DNA of 42,439 nucleotides from a virus (IMGVR_UViG_3300002092_000007:1-42439), one strand, 5' to 3'. Positions 16,797 through 27,735 are shown, counted from the first letter of the stretch. Numbers and translations are program-made. The notes: a model not told the origin generated them from the sequence alone.

Positions 16797-18487
16797 TATT
16801 TTGGTACACCAGTTAATCTAGTTTTTAATGCTGATTGTTCTGTAGGTTTAAGTTGAGAAAATGCTCTCTGTAATGATGACTCTGGGTCTTTAATTGTTCC
16901 AATTGTTTTAGCAAAAGCTCCAAGTGCTGCTTCTTTAATTCCACCAGCAAGATTACCTGAAGCCAATGAGATAATTGATTCAAGAGTTGCTGCTCCTTTG
17001 ATAAAGTTTCCTAATTCTCCCCCAGCACCATTAAGTTTCTTTTTAACTTGGTCAGTTACTCCTTTTTCAATACTTTTTAGATTACTATATTGTGTTCTAA
17101 GTTCTTGGTAACCTTCACCTGTAGCATTGGTTATTTTGTTATCCATAATATCTCTCATAAATCTTGAAAGACTATCTGATACTTTAGCTCCTGCTGAGTC
17201 AGATAAAGGGTTGACATCTTTATTAATATTTTGTATAAAATTCTGTATTTGATTTAAGTCTGTGTTCTTAAAGTGAGGTTGACCACTCTTTGAATTAATT
17301 GTTGCGTAGTTATCTTCTAGGTCTTTTATTAGAGTTGCAACTTTATTTTTTATTCCACTTGTAGCATCTTTTGTAAGACTATTTAAATGTCCTATGACAT
17401 CGTTAAAATCTTTGACACTAAAGTTAGCACCTTGGTCTCCTGCTTTTGAAGCAAGAGTTGTATATTGATTATAAATCTTTGTTTTTATTTGTCCGAAAGC
17501 ATCTGCTGTTTCAAGAATTGTAGCTTTAACTGGGTTCCAAAGTTTTTCAACTCCGCTAGCGTCTTTCACAGTAATTTGTCCTGCATAATCAGACATTGTT
17601 TTTAAAGCACCAATAGTTTTAGGAACTTGGTCTAATGCTTGTTTATCAGACATCTGTCCTTTAATATTAAAAGCTCTTAAAGCGTTATCTGCTACTGTAC
17701 CTTTAATTACTTTCCATTCATCTCCAATAACTTCTCCTAATCCTGAGAATACTCCAAAACCTTTAGCTGTTTGTAGTGCTTGTTGATTTGATTGTCCTTG
17801 AGATTTTCCATAACCGAAACCAAAAGCTGCTTCAGGGAGTGCTCCTGTAATTTTAGATGTAAGATATGATGCAACTTTACCAACATAAGGAAGTTCTGAA
17901 AGATTCTTTCCTTCTGAAGTAAGTTTTATTAAGTCCCCAAATCCTGCTATTGCTTCTTTACCTACTGAAACTGCTGGAGTTCCTGCTGAGATTGCAGCAA
18001 TTTGAGCAGCTGTTGAGCCAATACTTCCTGCAACAGTAGATGTCTGGGGTTTTAATGCTGTATCAAATTGTGATTTGATATTTCCTATTCCACTTGCAAT
18101 TCCTGTTCCAGCGTCAACTTTCTTTCCTGTCGATAAACTAGCTCCTGCTCCAACAATACTTTCATCTGCTGAGGCTAAACTTTTTACTGTACCCATAACT
18201 GTATCTGCTGCAAACGCACCTGCTCCCACACCTAAATTAGAAACAAATTTACCAACTCCTTTAGCGACATTCCAAGCATTACTTAGAAATCCTCCTGAAG
18301 ATGGTGAACCTGTAGTTCCCGTTGAACCAGTAGTTTGAGTAGTATCTACTTTATCTGCATAGGTAGGATATTTAGCTAACATCTTTTGAGTAAGAGTTGC
18401 ATTGTCCACACTTGAATACTGAGGATACTTATCTTTTATAGATTGAGCAAATTGGTCAACCGTTAATTTTTGTGATGTGTCTGACAT
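16796..18487 (-). CDS. Putative internal virion (DNA ejection) protein
   Basis: G/A-rich helical protein with N-terminal FAQSIKDKYPQY module; podovirus ejection-gene position. Confidence 0.65.
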   Translation of the reverse strand: MSDTSQKLTVDQFAQSIKDKYPQYSSVDNATLTQKMLAKYPTYADKVDTTQTTGSTGTTGSPSSGGFLSNAWNVAKGVGKFVSNLGVGAGAFAADTVMGTVKSLASADESIVGAGASLSTGKKVDAGTGIASGIGNIKSQFDTALKPQTSTVAGSIGSTAAQIAAISAGTPAVSVGKEAIAGFGDLIKLTSEGKNLSELPYVGKVASYLTSKITGALPEAAFGFGYGKSQGQSNQQALQTAKGFGVFSGLGEVIGDEWKVIKGTVADNALRAFNIKGQMSDKQALDQVPKTIGALKTMSDYAGQITVKDASGVEKLWNPVKATILETADAFGQIKTKIYNQYTTLASKAGDQGANFSVKDFNDVIGHLNSLTKDATSGIKNKVATLIKDLEDNYATINSKSGQPHFKNTDLNQIQNFIQNINKDVNPLSDSAGAKVSDSLSRFMRDIMDNKITNATGEGYQELRTQYSNLKSIEKGVTDQVKKKLNGAGGELGNFIKGAATLESIISLASGNLAGGIKEAALGAFAKTIGTIKDPESSLQRAFSQLKPTEQSALKTRLTGVPK

Positions 18488-18491
18488 ATTA

Positions 18492-20282
18492 TTATATTCC
18501 TAATCCTAATGGGTCTTTATCAGAATTTGAAGAAGTTGTTGAACCTCCACTTGTTCCAATTAAACTTTGAACTGTATCTCCGATTGCTTGTTGTGCGTTG
18601 TTTGTAGATAGAATAATTGTGTCTGAGATTGCTTGGTATTGGTCTGAACTCAAACCTACTGGTATTGCCTTATTAGCTGCATCTGAGAAGAATTGTCCTC
18701 CTCTTGAACCTGCCAAAGCTGCTTGAGCTGCTGAGTAATCACTTCTAATTGTTTGTATAAGTTCTGAATATGCTGCGGCATTTGTACTACCTGTTCTTCT
18801 AAGAACATCAGCGTAACCAGCTTGAATATCAGATTCTGTAATATTAACTCCCTCTGCTTTAACTGCATCAGCAAGTGTTTTAAGTCTAGGTGTATTAAGT
18901 GTAAGGGCTTTGTTAACTGATTCAACTCTTGCAAGTCTCTCAACATTTTGTTTAACAGCTGAAGAGTTTGCTTTGTACAATGCCTGTAATTGATATTCGT
19001 CAACTCCTAGACCTTGAGCTATAGCAGCTGCGGTTCCGTCTATATATGCTTTAACTTTTTCTTTTGCTGAATTACTTGAAAGTCCTCCTAAGAATTGTTG
19101 GATATTTCCTCCTTGGAAAGCATATCTTAAAGCTGATTGGTATAAAGCATTTGCTGATTTACCTTCTAACCCTGGTATTGCTTGATTACCAGTTTTTTCG
19201 TCTGGCCTTGCTGCTGAGAAAGTTGTGGTTGCTCCTTGCATCTTTTGTTTCACTGAATCAACATATTCATTAATAGAAGGATATTTTCCTTGAGGTTTGT
19301 CACCTTCAGGTGTTCCCACAATTGCAGCGGCTCCTGCTCCACCATAATAGGCTGCAATAACTTTATCTTGATTACCTCCATATTGATTATTTAAATCTGA
19401 AAGTATTTTATTATGTAATTGTAACTGTAGAGATGGGTCATTTAAGAATTTCTGTACATCATCTGGATTATTTGGGTCCAATCCAAGCTCTGAAAGGTGC
19501 ATTGGCATTATTTGGTATTTACCTAGAGCACCAGAATCAGGATTTACTACATTTGATGGTTGACCTGCACTTTCTTGTGAAGTAATAGCATCAGATAGAC
19601 TCATTCCTCCTGATGAAATTGTTGGGTTAGCTGTAAGAGAACTTTTTACATAAGGTGAAACTCCAAGAGCTTGAAGATTTTTTGCTAAACTATCTGTGAC
19701 ACTTTTACCAAAAACAGGTTCCATAGCTTTAACTAAGTCTCCAATTTGATACCCACTATTCGTTGCAAAAGTTAAAAGATTATTTAACTCAGCTTGAGTA
19801 TTCTTTTGATTTGCGTCGTAAGCAGTTGAAAGAGATTGTATACTAGAATTAAGTGTAGAAGCTCTACCTGAAATCTGGTCGTTGAGAACTCTTATTTGAA
19901 GTTGTACTGCTTCAGGTCCAGCAGCAATAACACTAGCCATTTCAGGTGGAAGTTTTGACATTTCATCTGGAGTCAAAGGATGGTCGTAAAGATGAGAAAT
20001 AAGATAAGACCTCTGAGTAGTTAGTTCATTATTTGTTTTAAGTTTTGTATTTACAGTATCAGTAAGAGCTTTAAAAGCATTAGGGTCCATTGTTCCTTCG
20101 TTTACTTGTTTTATTTGGTCGGCAGATAATCCAAGAGATTGAAGTTTAGCATCTTCAGGACTTAGTTGTGTTGGAGTAGGTGTATAAGGAATACCAGTAA
20201 TCTTTGAAGCGGCAGCACCAGCAGTATTACCTGCATCAATCGTTGTATTAAGTGGTCCTAAATCTTTATTTGGGTCTGTCAT
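18492..20282 (-). CDS. Internal virion protein with lytic transglycosylase domain
   Basis: AITSQES, GALGKYQIMP, AAYYGG motifs. Confidence 0.8.
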   Translation of the reverse strand: MTDPNKDLGPLNTTIDAGNTAGAAASKITGIPYTPTPTQLSPEDAKLQSLGLSADQIKQVNEGTMDPNAFKALTDTVNTKLKTNNELTTQRSYLISHLYDHPLTPDEMSKLPPEMASVIAAGPEAVQLQIRVLNDQISGRASTLNSSIQSLSTAYDANQKNTQAELNNLLTFATNSGYQIGDLVKAMEPVFGKSVTDSLAKNLQALGVSPYVKSSLTANPTISSGGMSLSDAITSQESAGQPSNVVNPDSGALGKYQIMPMHLSELGLDPNNPDDVQKFLNDPSLQLQLHNKILSDLNNQYGGNQDKVIAAYYGGAGAAAIVGTPEGDKPQGKYPSINEYVDSVKQKMQGATTTFSAARPDEKTGNQAIPGLEGKSANALYQSALRYAFQGGNIQQFLGGLSSNSAKEKVKAYIDGTAAAIAQGLGVDEYQLQALYKANSSAVKQNVERLARVESVNKALTLNTPRLKTLADAVKAEGVNITESDIQAGYADVLRRTGSTNAAAYSELIQTIRSDYSAAQAALAGSRGGQFFSDAANKAIPVGLSSDQYQAISDTIILSTNNAQQAIGDTVQSLIGTSGGSTTSSNSDKDPLGLGI

Positions 20283-20283
20283 A

Positions 20284-21207
20284 TTATTTATTTAAATCTG
20301 GTTGGGCGACTGTTCCAAAATTATAAGCGGCTTGTGAATTTATATCTGCTGTTTTAGCAATATCAGCAGAAGAAGTCAATCCTCCAGTAAGTGTTGGTGA
20401 GATTGTTTCTGAACTTCCTGTCAATGGATTTCTATAATTTACATTTGTATTAAGTGTTCCATTATTTATATTTTGTGTTGTAGTATTAGAACCATATTTA
20501 GATTCAAAAGCTGTTGTAGCATCTTGAAGTTGTTTTTGTAATTGAGAACGTGTTGATGTGACGATACCTTGTTCTGAAGAAGCAAGATTCTGTTCAGCTT
20601 TTCCTCTAAAACCTGAATAAGCTGTACCTGCTGCTGCATTTGCTTCTGCAAGAGCTTTTTTATCATTTTCAAATTGTATTCTTTCTTTATCTGTTTCAAT
20701 TGAAGTAGCAACTTGTAATTGATTAATATTTTCATTAAATTGACTCAAGTCAATTTTGGCTGCATCTGCATATTTGGCAATTATATTAGGGTCTTTCTGT
20801 GCTAAAGATAAAGCCTCTGAAAAAGAAACTGGTGGTTTACCATTAAGAACTGCATTTGAATTAACATCTGCTACTGTATACAATAAAGCCTGTTGTGAGT
20901 TGATTTTAGAGCCTGTATCTGTCTTAGAGGATGAATCACTACCTTGACTACCTGAAGTATCTGTGGTGGACGTTTTTGAGGCTCCTGTGGTGTCTGTAGG
21001 ACCTCCTACGTTCTTTTTTACAGTATCTGAGAGTGAACCTCCGAAAACATCAAAGCCACCTAGATTTACTGTCTGTCCAGGCTTAATAGCATTAGGATTT
21101 GATTTAAACTGAGGATTGTTAGCCAATAGTTGACTAAGTGTGATTCCATTTGCTTGAGCTATTTTGGAAAGTGTGTCACCCTGTTTAATTGAATAGGAGG
21201 TAGCCAT
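20284..21207 (-). CDS. LysM-domain virion/ejection protein
   Basis: YSIKQGDTLSKIAQANGITLSQLLANNP...IKPGQTVNL. Confidence 0.88.
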   Translation of the reverse strand: MATSYSIKQGDTLSKIAQANGITLSQLLANNPQFKSNPNAIKPGQTVNLGGFDVFGGSLSDTVKKNVGGPTDTTGASKTSTTDTSGSQGSDSSSKTDTGSKINSQQALLYTVADVNSNAVLNGKPPVSFSEALSLAQKDPNIIAKYADAAKIDLSQFNENINQLQVATSIETDKERIQFENDKKALAEANAAAGTAYSGFRGKAEQNLASSEQGIVTSTRSQLQKQLQDATTAFESKYGSNTTTQNINNGTLNTNVNYRNPLTGSSETISPTLTGGLTSSADIAKTADINSQAAYNFGTVAQPDLNK

Positions 21208-21253
21208 TTGTTTCGTTATTATAACATATTTATTAATAATTGTCTAGTTTTAT

Positions 21254-21985
21254 TTATGATACTGTTACAGTCTTCCAAGCACCGTTGATATAAACTTTAA
21301 TAGAGTTTGTGTCAGTGTTATAGTAAGCACTACCATTTGTAGGCGTTAAAGCACCTGCTGAAGAATTTGAAAGTGGTGGTAGATTAAAGAAACAATTTCC
21401 TACACTAACACCAGTTTTATCAACTGACAAACCTAATACACTATTTTTATTAGTTAAATCTGGATAATATTGCAAGTTAGAACTTCCATCAGCACCTAAA
21501 GATTGAAGAATAGATATAATCCCAGACTTTGTGTTATCTGCATAAACTGCTCTAGCATCTTCAACAACTACAGCTTCAAGAAAATTAGGGAAAGAATTTT
21601 TATTGTTAAATGAGAGACTTAAACTAATTATCCCATTATCTCGTCTTAATGCTCCATCTTGCATAATGTCTCCGTATGGTTTTGAAGTATCAACATTAGC
21701 AGTGATATTTATAAAACCGACATTTTGATATGTATGTTGACCATTTGTTCCAATGTAAATAAAGTTTCCTCTACTTGTTCCTTGGGGAGGAGTTGCATAA
21801 AGTTCATAGACGTTATCAGAAGTCTGAAAAGCACCAGACCTTTTTGTTACAGTAAAATATCCTGTCTTATCCTTAACCTGTGTACTAGAAATATTCTTAT
21901 TGACTTTATCAGCAATAGAATCTGGCTGTCCCATAGTCTTATTGACACCTACGTTATTATGTGGTATTAGTGGTTCTTCTATCAT
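21254..21985 (-). CDS. Virion structural protein (short fibre-like)
   Basis: C-terminal PTNGSAYYNTDTNSIKVYINGAW fibre motif. Confidence 0.65.
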   Translation of the reverse strand: MIEEPLIPHNNVGVNKTMGQPDSIADKVNKNISSTQVKDKTGYFTVTKRSGAFQTSDNVYELYATPPQGTSRGNFIYIGTNGQHTYQNVGFINITANVDTSKPYGDIMQDGALRRDNGIISLSLSFNNKNSFPNFLEAVVVEDARAVYADNTKSGIISILQSLGADGSSNLQYYPDLTNKNSVLGLSVDKTGVSVGNCFFNLPPLSNSSAGALTPTNGSAYYNTDTNSIKVYINGAWKTVTVS

Positions 21986-21998
21986 AATGATTTTACTT

Positions 21999-23789
21999 TT
22001 ATTGTGTTGTTACTTGACCTTCGTCATTAATATCATCAAGGTATAGTCCTTCAAAGACTGGTGCTGTACCAGATGAGTTACCATACCATTTGAATGTGAT
22101 ATAGTGAGCATCTTGAATCGTAAGTCCATCTCCTGTGTTTACCCGTTTATCTAATGAGATTTTAATATCTTTGTAATCTCCTTCATCTGCTTTGAATTGA
22201 AGTTTTGAATCAATACCATTGTTTGTGTAGACTGTAATGAGGTCATTGATGTTATTAACGTGAGCACGATTACCTAATTCTAGTTCCTGTGTTTCCATTT
22301 CGAAATAGATTGGTGTCCCGTTGTCTGTTTGTCCTAAATCAAGTGTCTGAACATTTCCTGATGAGTCAGCGAATATAGTCTTACGACCATTTGTTGAAGT
22401 ATAGAATCTTGAGAATAGAACTGGTTTCTGTGCGTATGAATGAATTGACCAAGTCTCATCTCTTACAGAGAACTTGACAACTACATTATTATATGTCCTT
22501 TGGTTGTATCTTCCTGTATTTAAAGTTATATCACCTAAAGAAAACCATACATTATATCTATCATGTCCTGCACTTACAGCACTTTGATTTTCTACTGGAA
22601 TTGCATCTAAAAAGTCTTGGCAACCTAGACGAGAAATAAGTTCTGGAAATCCTCCATTGGTTCTATAAATTCCATCGCCTGAATAGAAGTAAACTATTCC
22701 TTGACAGTCTGTGACTGCTTCTTGAGATACTGCACCAACATTAAATATATTCGATGAATCCACAGATTTATTGATAACATCTAATCGATACATAGCATTT
22801 GATTTGAATATTAATGTTTGGTCTGCTGTTTCTGCAAATGCTGTGATGTTATTTCCATCATCTGGGTTTATATCAATCCAATCACCTGTTGTTATATCAG
22901 TATTCCATTGTAATTGTGATTCTGAAACTAATATAGTTCCTGTTGCTGGACTTGTTGGTGTTGTATTAAGTATAAATTGAAAGACTGTTGGAGAAACAAT
23001 ACTTTGAATCATCCAACTTCCATTATATCCAGTCTGGTCTGCTCCTGAAATTGTTATATAGTCATAAACATTAAAAGTATTTGTTGCAGTCGTTGTAACA
23101 ATAACTAATGAACCTGACCTAGTTATAGATGTTACTGCTTGTGTTATTACATTTGGTTGAATAATAGATGAAAAGAAAACTCTGTCTTTATTTAATGTAT
23201 TAATTGTATCTCCAGCAACCAAAAGTCTTTGTTTAGACCTTATAATTAAAGTTGGTCTTATAAATGCTCTTGTTCCTAGTAAACCAGCAGATACATCAGA
23301 CGCGGCACAATTTGTGTTATCCCAGTTATTGCCATCTGAGCTTGACATAAGTCCAATAATATGGTCTGTTGTAGTTGTTGATGCTCCATTAGCTAAGAAT
23401 ACTCTACCACCTATTGTAGCGAATCTACATGTTGCTGTGTTGTTTAAAGTGGTTACTGCTGAAGTGTGCCATGATGTATCATAGTAGTAAATTGATGCTG
23501 TTGAAGCACCTGGGAATACTGTAAGTGTTAGGTTTGGTGAACCAGCTTTTCCTACGAACTCTGTGAATCCGATAGGAGATTTACCAGATGCAACATTAGA
23601 ACCAAGTAAAGTAGTCCCAGGTCTTACTACTGCTGAACCAATGACTGTATCAAAGTTTACATTCACAGAGTTCTTTGCAGAGTTCTTAGGTAGCAAATAA
23701 TTATTCATCGAATAAGATGTTTGTCTACCTTTAGAAAAGTCCCTTAATTCAAAAGGTGTTGTAGGATGACTTGGTTTAAATACTGTCAT
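21999..23789 (-). CDS. Tail nozzle / packaged-DNA stabilisation protein (P22 gp10 / T7 gp12-like)
   Basis: Beta-propeller-like motifs (RLLVAG..RVFFS, LIFKSNAMY, VGAVSQEAV, YFYSGDGIY); position. Confidence 0.7.
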   Translation of the reverse strand: MTVFKPSHPTTPFELRDFSKGRQTSYSMNNYLLPKNSAKNSVNVNFDTVIGSAVVRPGTTLLGSNVASGKSPIGFTEFVGKAGSPNLTLTVFPGASTASIYYYDTSWHTSAVTTLNNTATCRFATIGGRVFLANGASTTTTDHIIGLMSSSDGNNWDNTNCAASDVSAGLLGTRAFIRPTLIIRSKQRLLVAGDTINTLNKDRVFFSSIIQPNVITQAVTSITRSGSLVIVTTTATNTFNVYDYITISGADQTGYNGSWMIQSIVSPTVFQFILNTTPTSPATGTILVSESQLQWNTDITTGDWIDINPDDGNNITAFAETADQTLIFKSNAMYRLDVINKSVDSSNIFNVGAVSQEAVTDCQGIVYFYSGDGIYRTNGGFPELISRLGCQDFLDAIPVENQSAVSAGHDRYNVWFSLGDITLNTGRYNQRTYNNVVVKFSVRDETWSIHSYAQKPVLFSRFYTSTNGRKTIFADSSGNVQTLDLGQTDNGTPIYFEMETQELELGNRAHVNNINDLITVYTNNGIDSKLQFKADEGDYKDIKISLDKRVNTGDGLTIQDAHYITFKWYGNSSGTAPVFEGLYLDDINDEGQVTTQ

Positions 23790-23791
23790 GT

Positions 23792-25186
23792 TTAATATAA
23801 TGGACCAAAGCCTTGTAGGCGTACACTTTTGTTATCACCGTCTCTCATTGAAAATCTATTAAGTCTAGGTTTCAATTGGAATGTTCTATTTGCTGTTTCT
23901 TTCTGAATCATCTTAGCCTTTCGAGCAAGGTATTGTTTCTGCCAAGCATCTGTCTCAGGTGTAGCATCTCCATTATTTAGTTTAAGAGAGAATTTCCATG
24001 AAAGATAGTACTGAACTACAGTAGGGTCAGGGATTACAATTGTCTGAGTATCAGTAGTTGTAGGAAGCAACTGAGAATAATAATCCATATAAGCATTGTT
24101 GTTATTTTGAGTTGCGTCTATTAGTGGGTAGAAATAAATATATCCTCCAAAAGTTGTCCAGTAAGTTGGCATACCTGTTGAAGCACTAGCGAAAGCATCT
24201 TGACCTGCTGTGTTAGTTGTGGTAGAAGGTGTTGACAATGTAAGTACATTTGTTGTAGTGTTGTTTGCTATGAATGTGTATTGATTGGCTCCGATAGTTA
24301 GAGTACCTGATGTTGGAAAATCTCCTGAATCAGTTAGAGTTACTGTAGCATCACTTACATTAATATTTGAAGCAAGTGTAGTATGAGCAACACTTTGAAG
24401 AATTTGATTCCACTTCTCTTTATCAACCCAGTTGATGTTTTGATTTGCTCCTATTCTAAAGTTATAGATAGATTTGTTTGAGTTAGCATCGTCAATGTCA
24501 GCAGGGAGAGCAATTTTAAACTGTCCTGTAGTTACTGCTCCTAGGTTAAAATCAAACTTCTGCATGAAAGACCATCTCTTTAAGTCTCTGATAACTTCCA
24601 TTTGACAGTTATCTATTTGTCTAAATGCGTAGTCGTCTGTTAAGACATCTGAAGTTCTTTTGTTTATATCCTGAAGTGCGTTGTCGATAATCTTACGAGC
24701 TGACAGTTGAGTATATCCAGATGTAGGAATAGGGTCAGAATAACCTGAGAAGTTACCTGATATAGAGTTCTTAAATCTAGCAAAGTAATAACCTGAATAT
24801 GAGTTTATATCATTGAATACAGAATAGTCTGAACCTGTGTCAATTGTTTGTGTTGCAAGAACTGTTTTTGAACCACCAATAGTTGTTGCGTTAGAAAACT
24901 CTACTTGGTCGTATAACATTATCATCAAAGGTGTTGATGATGAATGAGGGAAGACTGTATTAGCCGCTAGAGTAATTGTCGAACCTGAAGGAGCTGTTGA
25001 AGCGTGTGTTTTGACTATCTCTGAACCTTCGTTACCTAAAGAACCAAGAAGAAGTGTTTGATTTACAGCAAATCCACCAATGTTTTTTACTGTGAGTGTA
25101 CCTGAAGCAGAGGCTGTGTCAGCAGTTATGAATGTCTGTGGTTCATTAACTGTTAAATCTATATTTTTTATTGAAATGTTTGCCAT
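23792..25186 (-). CDS. Head-tail adaptor-like virion protein with accessory domains
   Basis: IIDNALQDI...WSF and PTYW...IYFYP adaptor-like motifs; upstream of the nozzle gene. Confidence 0.6.
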   Translation of the reverse strand: MANISIKNIDLTVNEPQTFITADTASASGTLTVKNIGGFAVNQTLLLGSLGNEGSEIVKTHASTAPSGSTITLAANTVFPHSSSTPLMIMLYDQVEFSNATTIGGSKTVLATQTIDTGSDYSVFNDINSYSGYYFARFKNSISGNFSGYSDPIPTSGYTQLSARKIIDNALQDINKRTSDVLTDDYAFRQIDNCQMEVIRDLKRWSFMQKFDFNLGAVTTGQFKIALPADIDDANSNKSIYNFRIGANQNINWVDKEKWNQILQSVAHTTLASNINVSDATVTLTDSGDFPTSGTLTIGANQYTFIANNTTTNVLTLSTPSTTTNTAGQDAFASASTGMPTYWTTFGGYIYFYPLIDATQNNNNAYMDYYSQLLPTTTDTQTIVIPDPTVVQYYLSWKFSLKLNNGDATPETDAWQKQYLARKAKMIQKETANRTFQLKPRLNRFSMRDGDNKSVRLQGFGPLY

Positions 25187-25187
25187 C

Positions 25188-26237
25188 TTATTTTATTATT
25201 GGTTTATTATCTTTATTAACTTCGACATTAGGTTTAGTATCTTGTGTTGTATTTAGTGTTGGCCTTAAAGAAAATCTATTAAAGAATTTAAAAGCTAATG
25301 TTGTTAATCTTGAAGCACCATTCATAATACTATCTGTCAATACTCTAACGTGTGAACCTGGTGAAAGTAGTGTGACGAATCTAGAAGCTCCATTTAAAAT
25401 TGAAGCACTAATACTTCTTTTTGCATTATAAATTCTACTAAGTGTTACAAATCTACTTGCTCCATTCATAATTGAATCAGATAAAGAACGAGCATATCCT
25501 TTTGATACTGTCGCAAAACGAGAAGCACCATTCATTATTGAATCAGTTAAACTTCTTCCATATCCTAACATTCTAGATAATGTAACTGTTCTACTTGCTC
25601 CATAAGAGACTGAGTCTGATAGAGAACGAGTATAGTTATTGATTGTAAATGGTGCTATAGAAACTATCCAATCACCATTTCTTGCTGAAAAAAAAGTTGC
25701 TGATTCAGATACACTACCTGCAGGAGTTTTACTGGCATTATTATCAAAAATTCCAGCTCCTAATGTTACAGAATTACTTAAAACTCGTGATGTAGCACCA
25801 GTGCTTGCTGCTAAACTTGTATTATGTACACCATCCCCTTGTACTCCTACACCTAAGATTACCCAACAATTATCTGCAACTGTGTTCACTGAACCAGTTA
25901 AACTTGTTGTGGCAGAGTTATTTGTTCCACTACTTGAAGCATCTGGTTGACCTGTTTGTTTTACACCTGTATAAGAGGTATTAACATTTGTTTTGGAATC
26001 AGCACCACTAGAAACAGAAACTGTATGTGAACCTGTCGCTGGATTTAATAAATAAAATAATGTAAATGAACCATTAGAATAACTTTGTGTTCCAAGTGAG
26101 GTCATAGATACACCATTATAGGTAGCTGTGGGAGTTCCAGGATTTCCTTGTTCTGTTACAGCAACAAAAAGGATTAAATTACTTCCTGTACATGTGTGTG
26201 TACTGCCCGTAGATGTTGCATCTAAAGCTATTGCCAT
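25188..26237 (-). CDS. Virion structural protein with C-terminal repeats
   Basis: S/T/G-rich beta domain plus five RSLxDSIMNGASR-like repeats. Confidence 0.7.
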   Translation of the reverse strand: MAIALDATSTGSTHTCTGSNLILFVAVTEQGNPGTPTATYNGVSMTSLGTQSYSNGSFTLFYLLNPATGSHTVSVSSGADSKTNVNTSYTGVKQTGQPDASSSGTNNSATTSLTGSVNTVADNCWVILGVGVQGDGVHNTSLAASTGATSRVLSNSVTLGAGIFDNNASKTPAGSVSESATFFSARNGDWIVSIAPFTINNYTRSLSDSVSYGASRTVTLSRMLGYGRSLTDSIMNGASRFATVSKGYARSLSDSIMNGASRFVTLSRIYNAKRSISASILNGASRFVTLLSPGSHVRVLTDSIMNGASRLTTLAFKFFNRFSLRPTLNTTQDTKPNVEVNKDNKPIIK

Positions 26238-26243
26238 TTTTTT

Positions 26244-26831
26244 TTATAAATTTATTCCCCACGTAATCGCAAGTGTATCATTTGTTGCCATAACTGCTGA
26301 TGAAGATAGGTTTGCTTCTACAAACATATTTCCTGTTGAAACTGCATCAAATAGTGCAGCGGAAACAACTGTGACAGAACCTCCTGATGTATTTGTGAAT
26401 GTTTTTGTAACTGTGTAAGAACAAGCACCGTCAAGGGTTGTTGGAGTCACATAAGAACTTTGTGTCCCTAATGCTCTTCCTAAACCTGTTGCAGATGTTT
26501 CTCCTGTAAGGGTTGTATCTGTGTGAGCTGGGGAAAGTGATGATGTTGAAAGTGCAATATACTTTGGAGGTAGAGGAGAAGAGATTGAGTTCTGTGCTGC
26601 TCCTGTAATTAGAGAAGCAATTAAGTCTCCACCCTTATCTACTCTTGAGTTATATGCAAATCCAAGAAAAGTTTGTTTTCCTGTTTTAGCACAAGTATGT
26701 ACTGCTCCAACTCTGTTGAATCTTTTAATCTTTAAAAAATAACCTACTTTTGCACCAATCTTAGTGTGTAAGAAACTTTTTATCATGTTTCCATATTTTG
26801 AATATTGGAATGGTGTTTTTTCTTCTTGCAT
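26244..26831 (-). CDS. Virion structural protein
   Basis: YIALST...DTTLTGE...ALFDAVSTGNM...DTLAITW fibre-anchor-like motif set. Confidence 0.7.
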   Translation of the reverse strand: MQEEKTPFQYSKYGNMIKSFLHTKIGAKVGYFLKIKRFNRVGAVHTCAKTGKQTFLGFAYNSRVDKGGDLIASLITGAAQNSISSPLPPKYIALSTSSLSPAHTDTTLTGETSATGLGRALGTQSSYVTPTTLDGACSYTVTKTFTNTSGGSVTVVSAALFDAVSTGNMFVEANLSSSAVMATNDTLAITWGINL

Positions 26832-26832
26832 T

Positions 26833-27258
26833 TTATTTATTTATTGCTATATAATTAGGACAGACTTTAAGGTGCCTCACCCCTTTACTAGCACATTTGT
26901 CGCAGAACCCTTTTGGTAATTTATCAACAACTTGTGTTGTTTCCAAAATAGGTGATTCTTCTAATATCTCTACTGTATCTTGGTCAACTTTATCTACTGG
27001 AGCTTCTGAAAATACTTGTAGAGGTTTTGTCGCAGCTACTCTTGCATCAATTACTTTCTGCCATTTAGCTTCCTCTTCAGGACTTTTAATGTCAGGGACA
27101 TCGATTGTTTTAATCTTTGTCACCACTGGTGCATTTTGTTTCTTCTCATTAACAACTTGGTCGACTAAGGCTTCATACTCTGGTGAGTCGATGTCTAGCA
27201 AACCAAGTTGCTTGAGATTTAATTTTCTAAGTTCTTCTACGTTTAAGTGTTTTAACAT
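26833..27258 (-). CDS. Hypothetical protein with C-terminal CxxC...HxxxC zinc motif
   Basis: FCDKCASKGVRHLKVCP. Confidence 0.7.
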   Translation of the reverse strand: MLKHLNVEELRKLNLKQLGLLDIDSPEYEALVDQVVNEKKQNAPVVTKIKTIDVPDIKSPEEEAKWQKVIDARVAATKPLQVFSEAPVDKVDQDTVEILEESPILETTQVVDKLPKGFCDKCASKGVRHLKVCPNYIAINK

Positions 27259-27270
27259 AGTCGTGTTAAG

Positions 27271-27735
27271 TTAATTATTAATTATACTGATAAATAATTC
27301 TTCAAATTTTTTCTCTTTACCTTTTGTCTTATCGTGACATTCTTTACATAAAGTTAATCCGTTACTTATATCTGTTCTTAATTCAATATAATCAACAAAT
27401 CTTTTTATGTGGTGGGCTTGTAAATCTCCACCTCTTTTTCCACAACCTGGCATTTGGCAAGTAAAATTATCTCTCTGAAAAATATCTAACCTCCATAATT
27501 TTATTTCTAATTTTTCTCTAGCTAATTTATTTTGTGATGTGATTCCACCTTTCCAAAGAACATTTTTTATTCCAATCTTTTTATCACATCTGAAACATTT
27601 GCATCCCTCTTTGTGTTTTGGTGGTTTGTTTCCTTTCGTAAATTCAGTTCTTGGTGAACTATGTTTTCCTTTAAGAATTATTGGGTCATAAAGTAATTTG
27701 TGTCCTTTTTGAAATCCTTTTAATCCTTTTGGCAT
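27271..27735 (-). CDS. HNH homing endonuclease
   Basis: WKGGIT, RDNFTCQ, LQAHHIK, NGLTLCKECH. Confidence 0.9.
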   Translation of the reverse strand: MPKGLKGFQKGHKLLYDPIILKGKHSSPRTEFTKGNKPPKHKEGCKCFRCDKKIGIKNVLWKGGITSQNKLAREKLEIKLWRLDIFQRDNFTCQMPGCGKRGGDLQAHHIKRFVDYIELRTDISNGLTLCKECHDKTKGKEKKFEELFISIINN

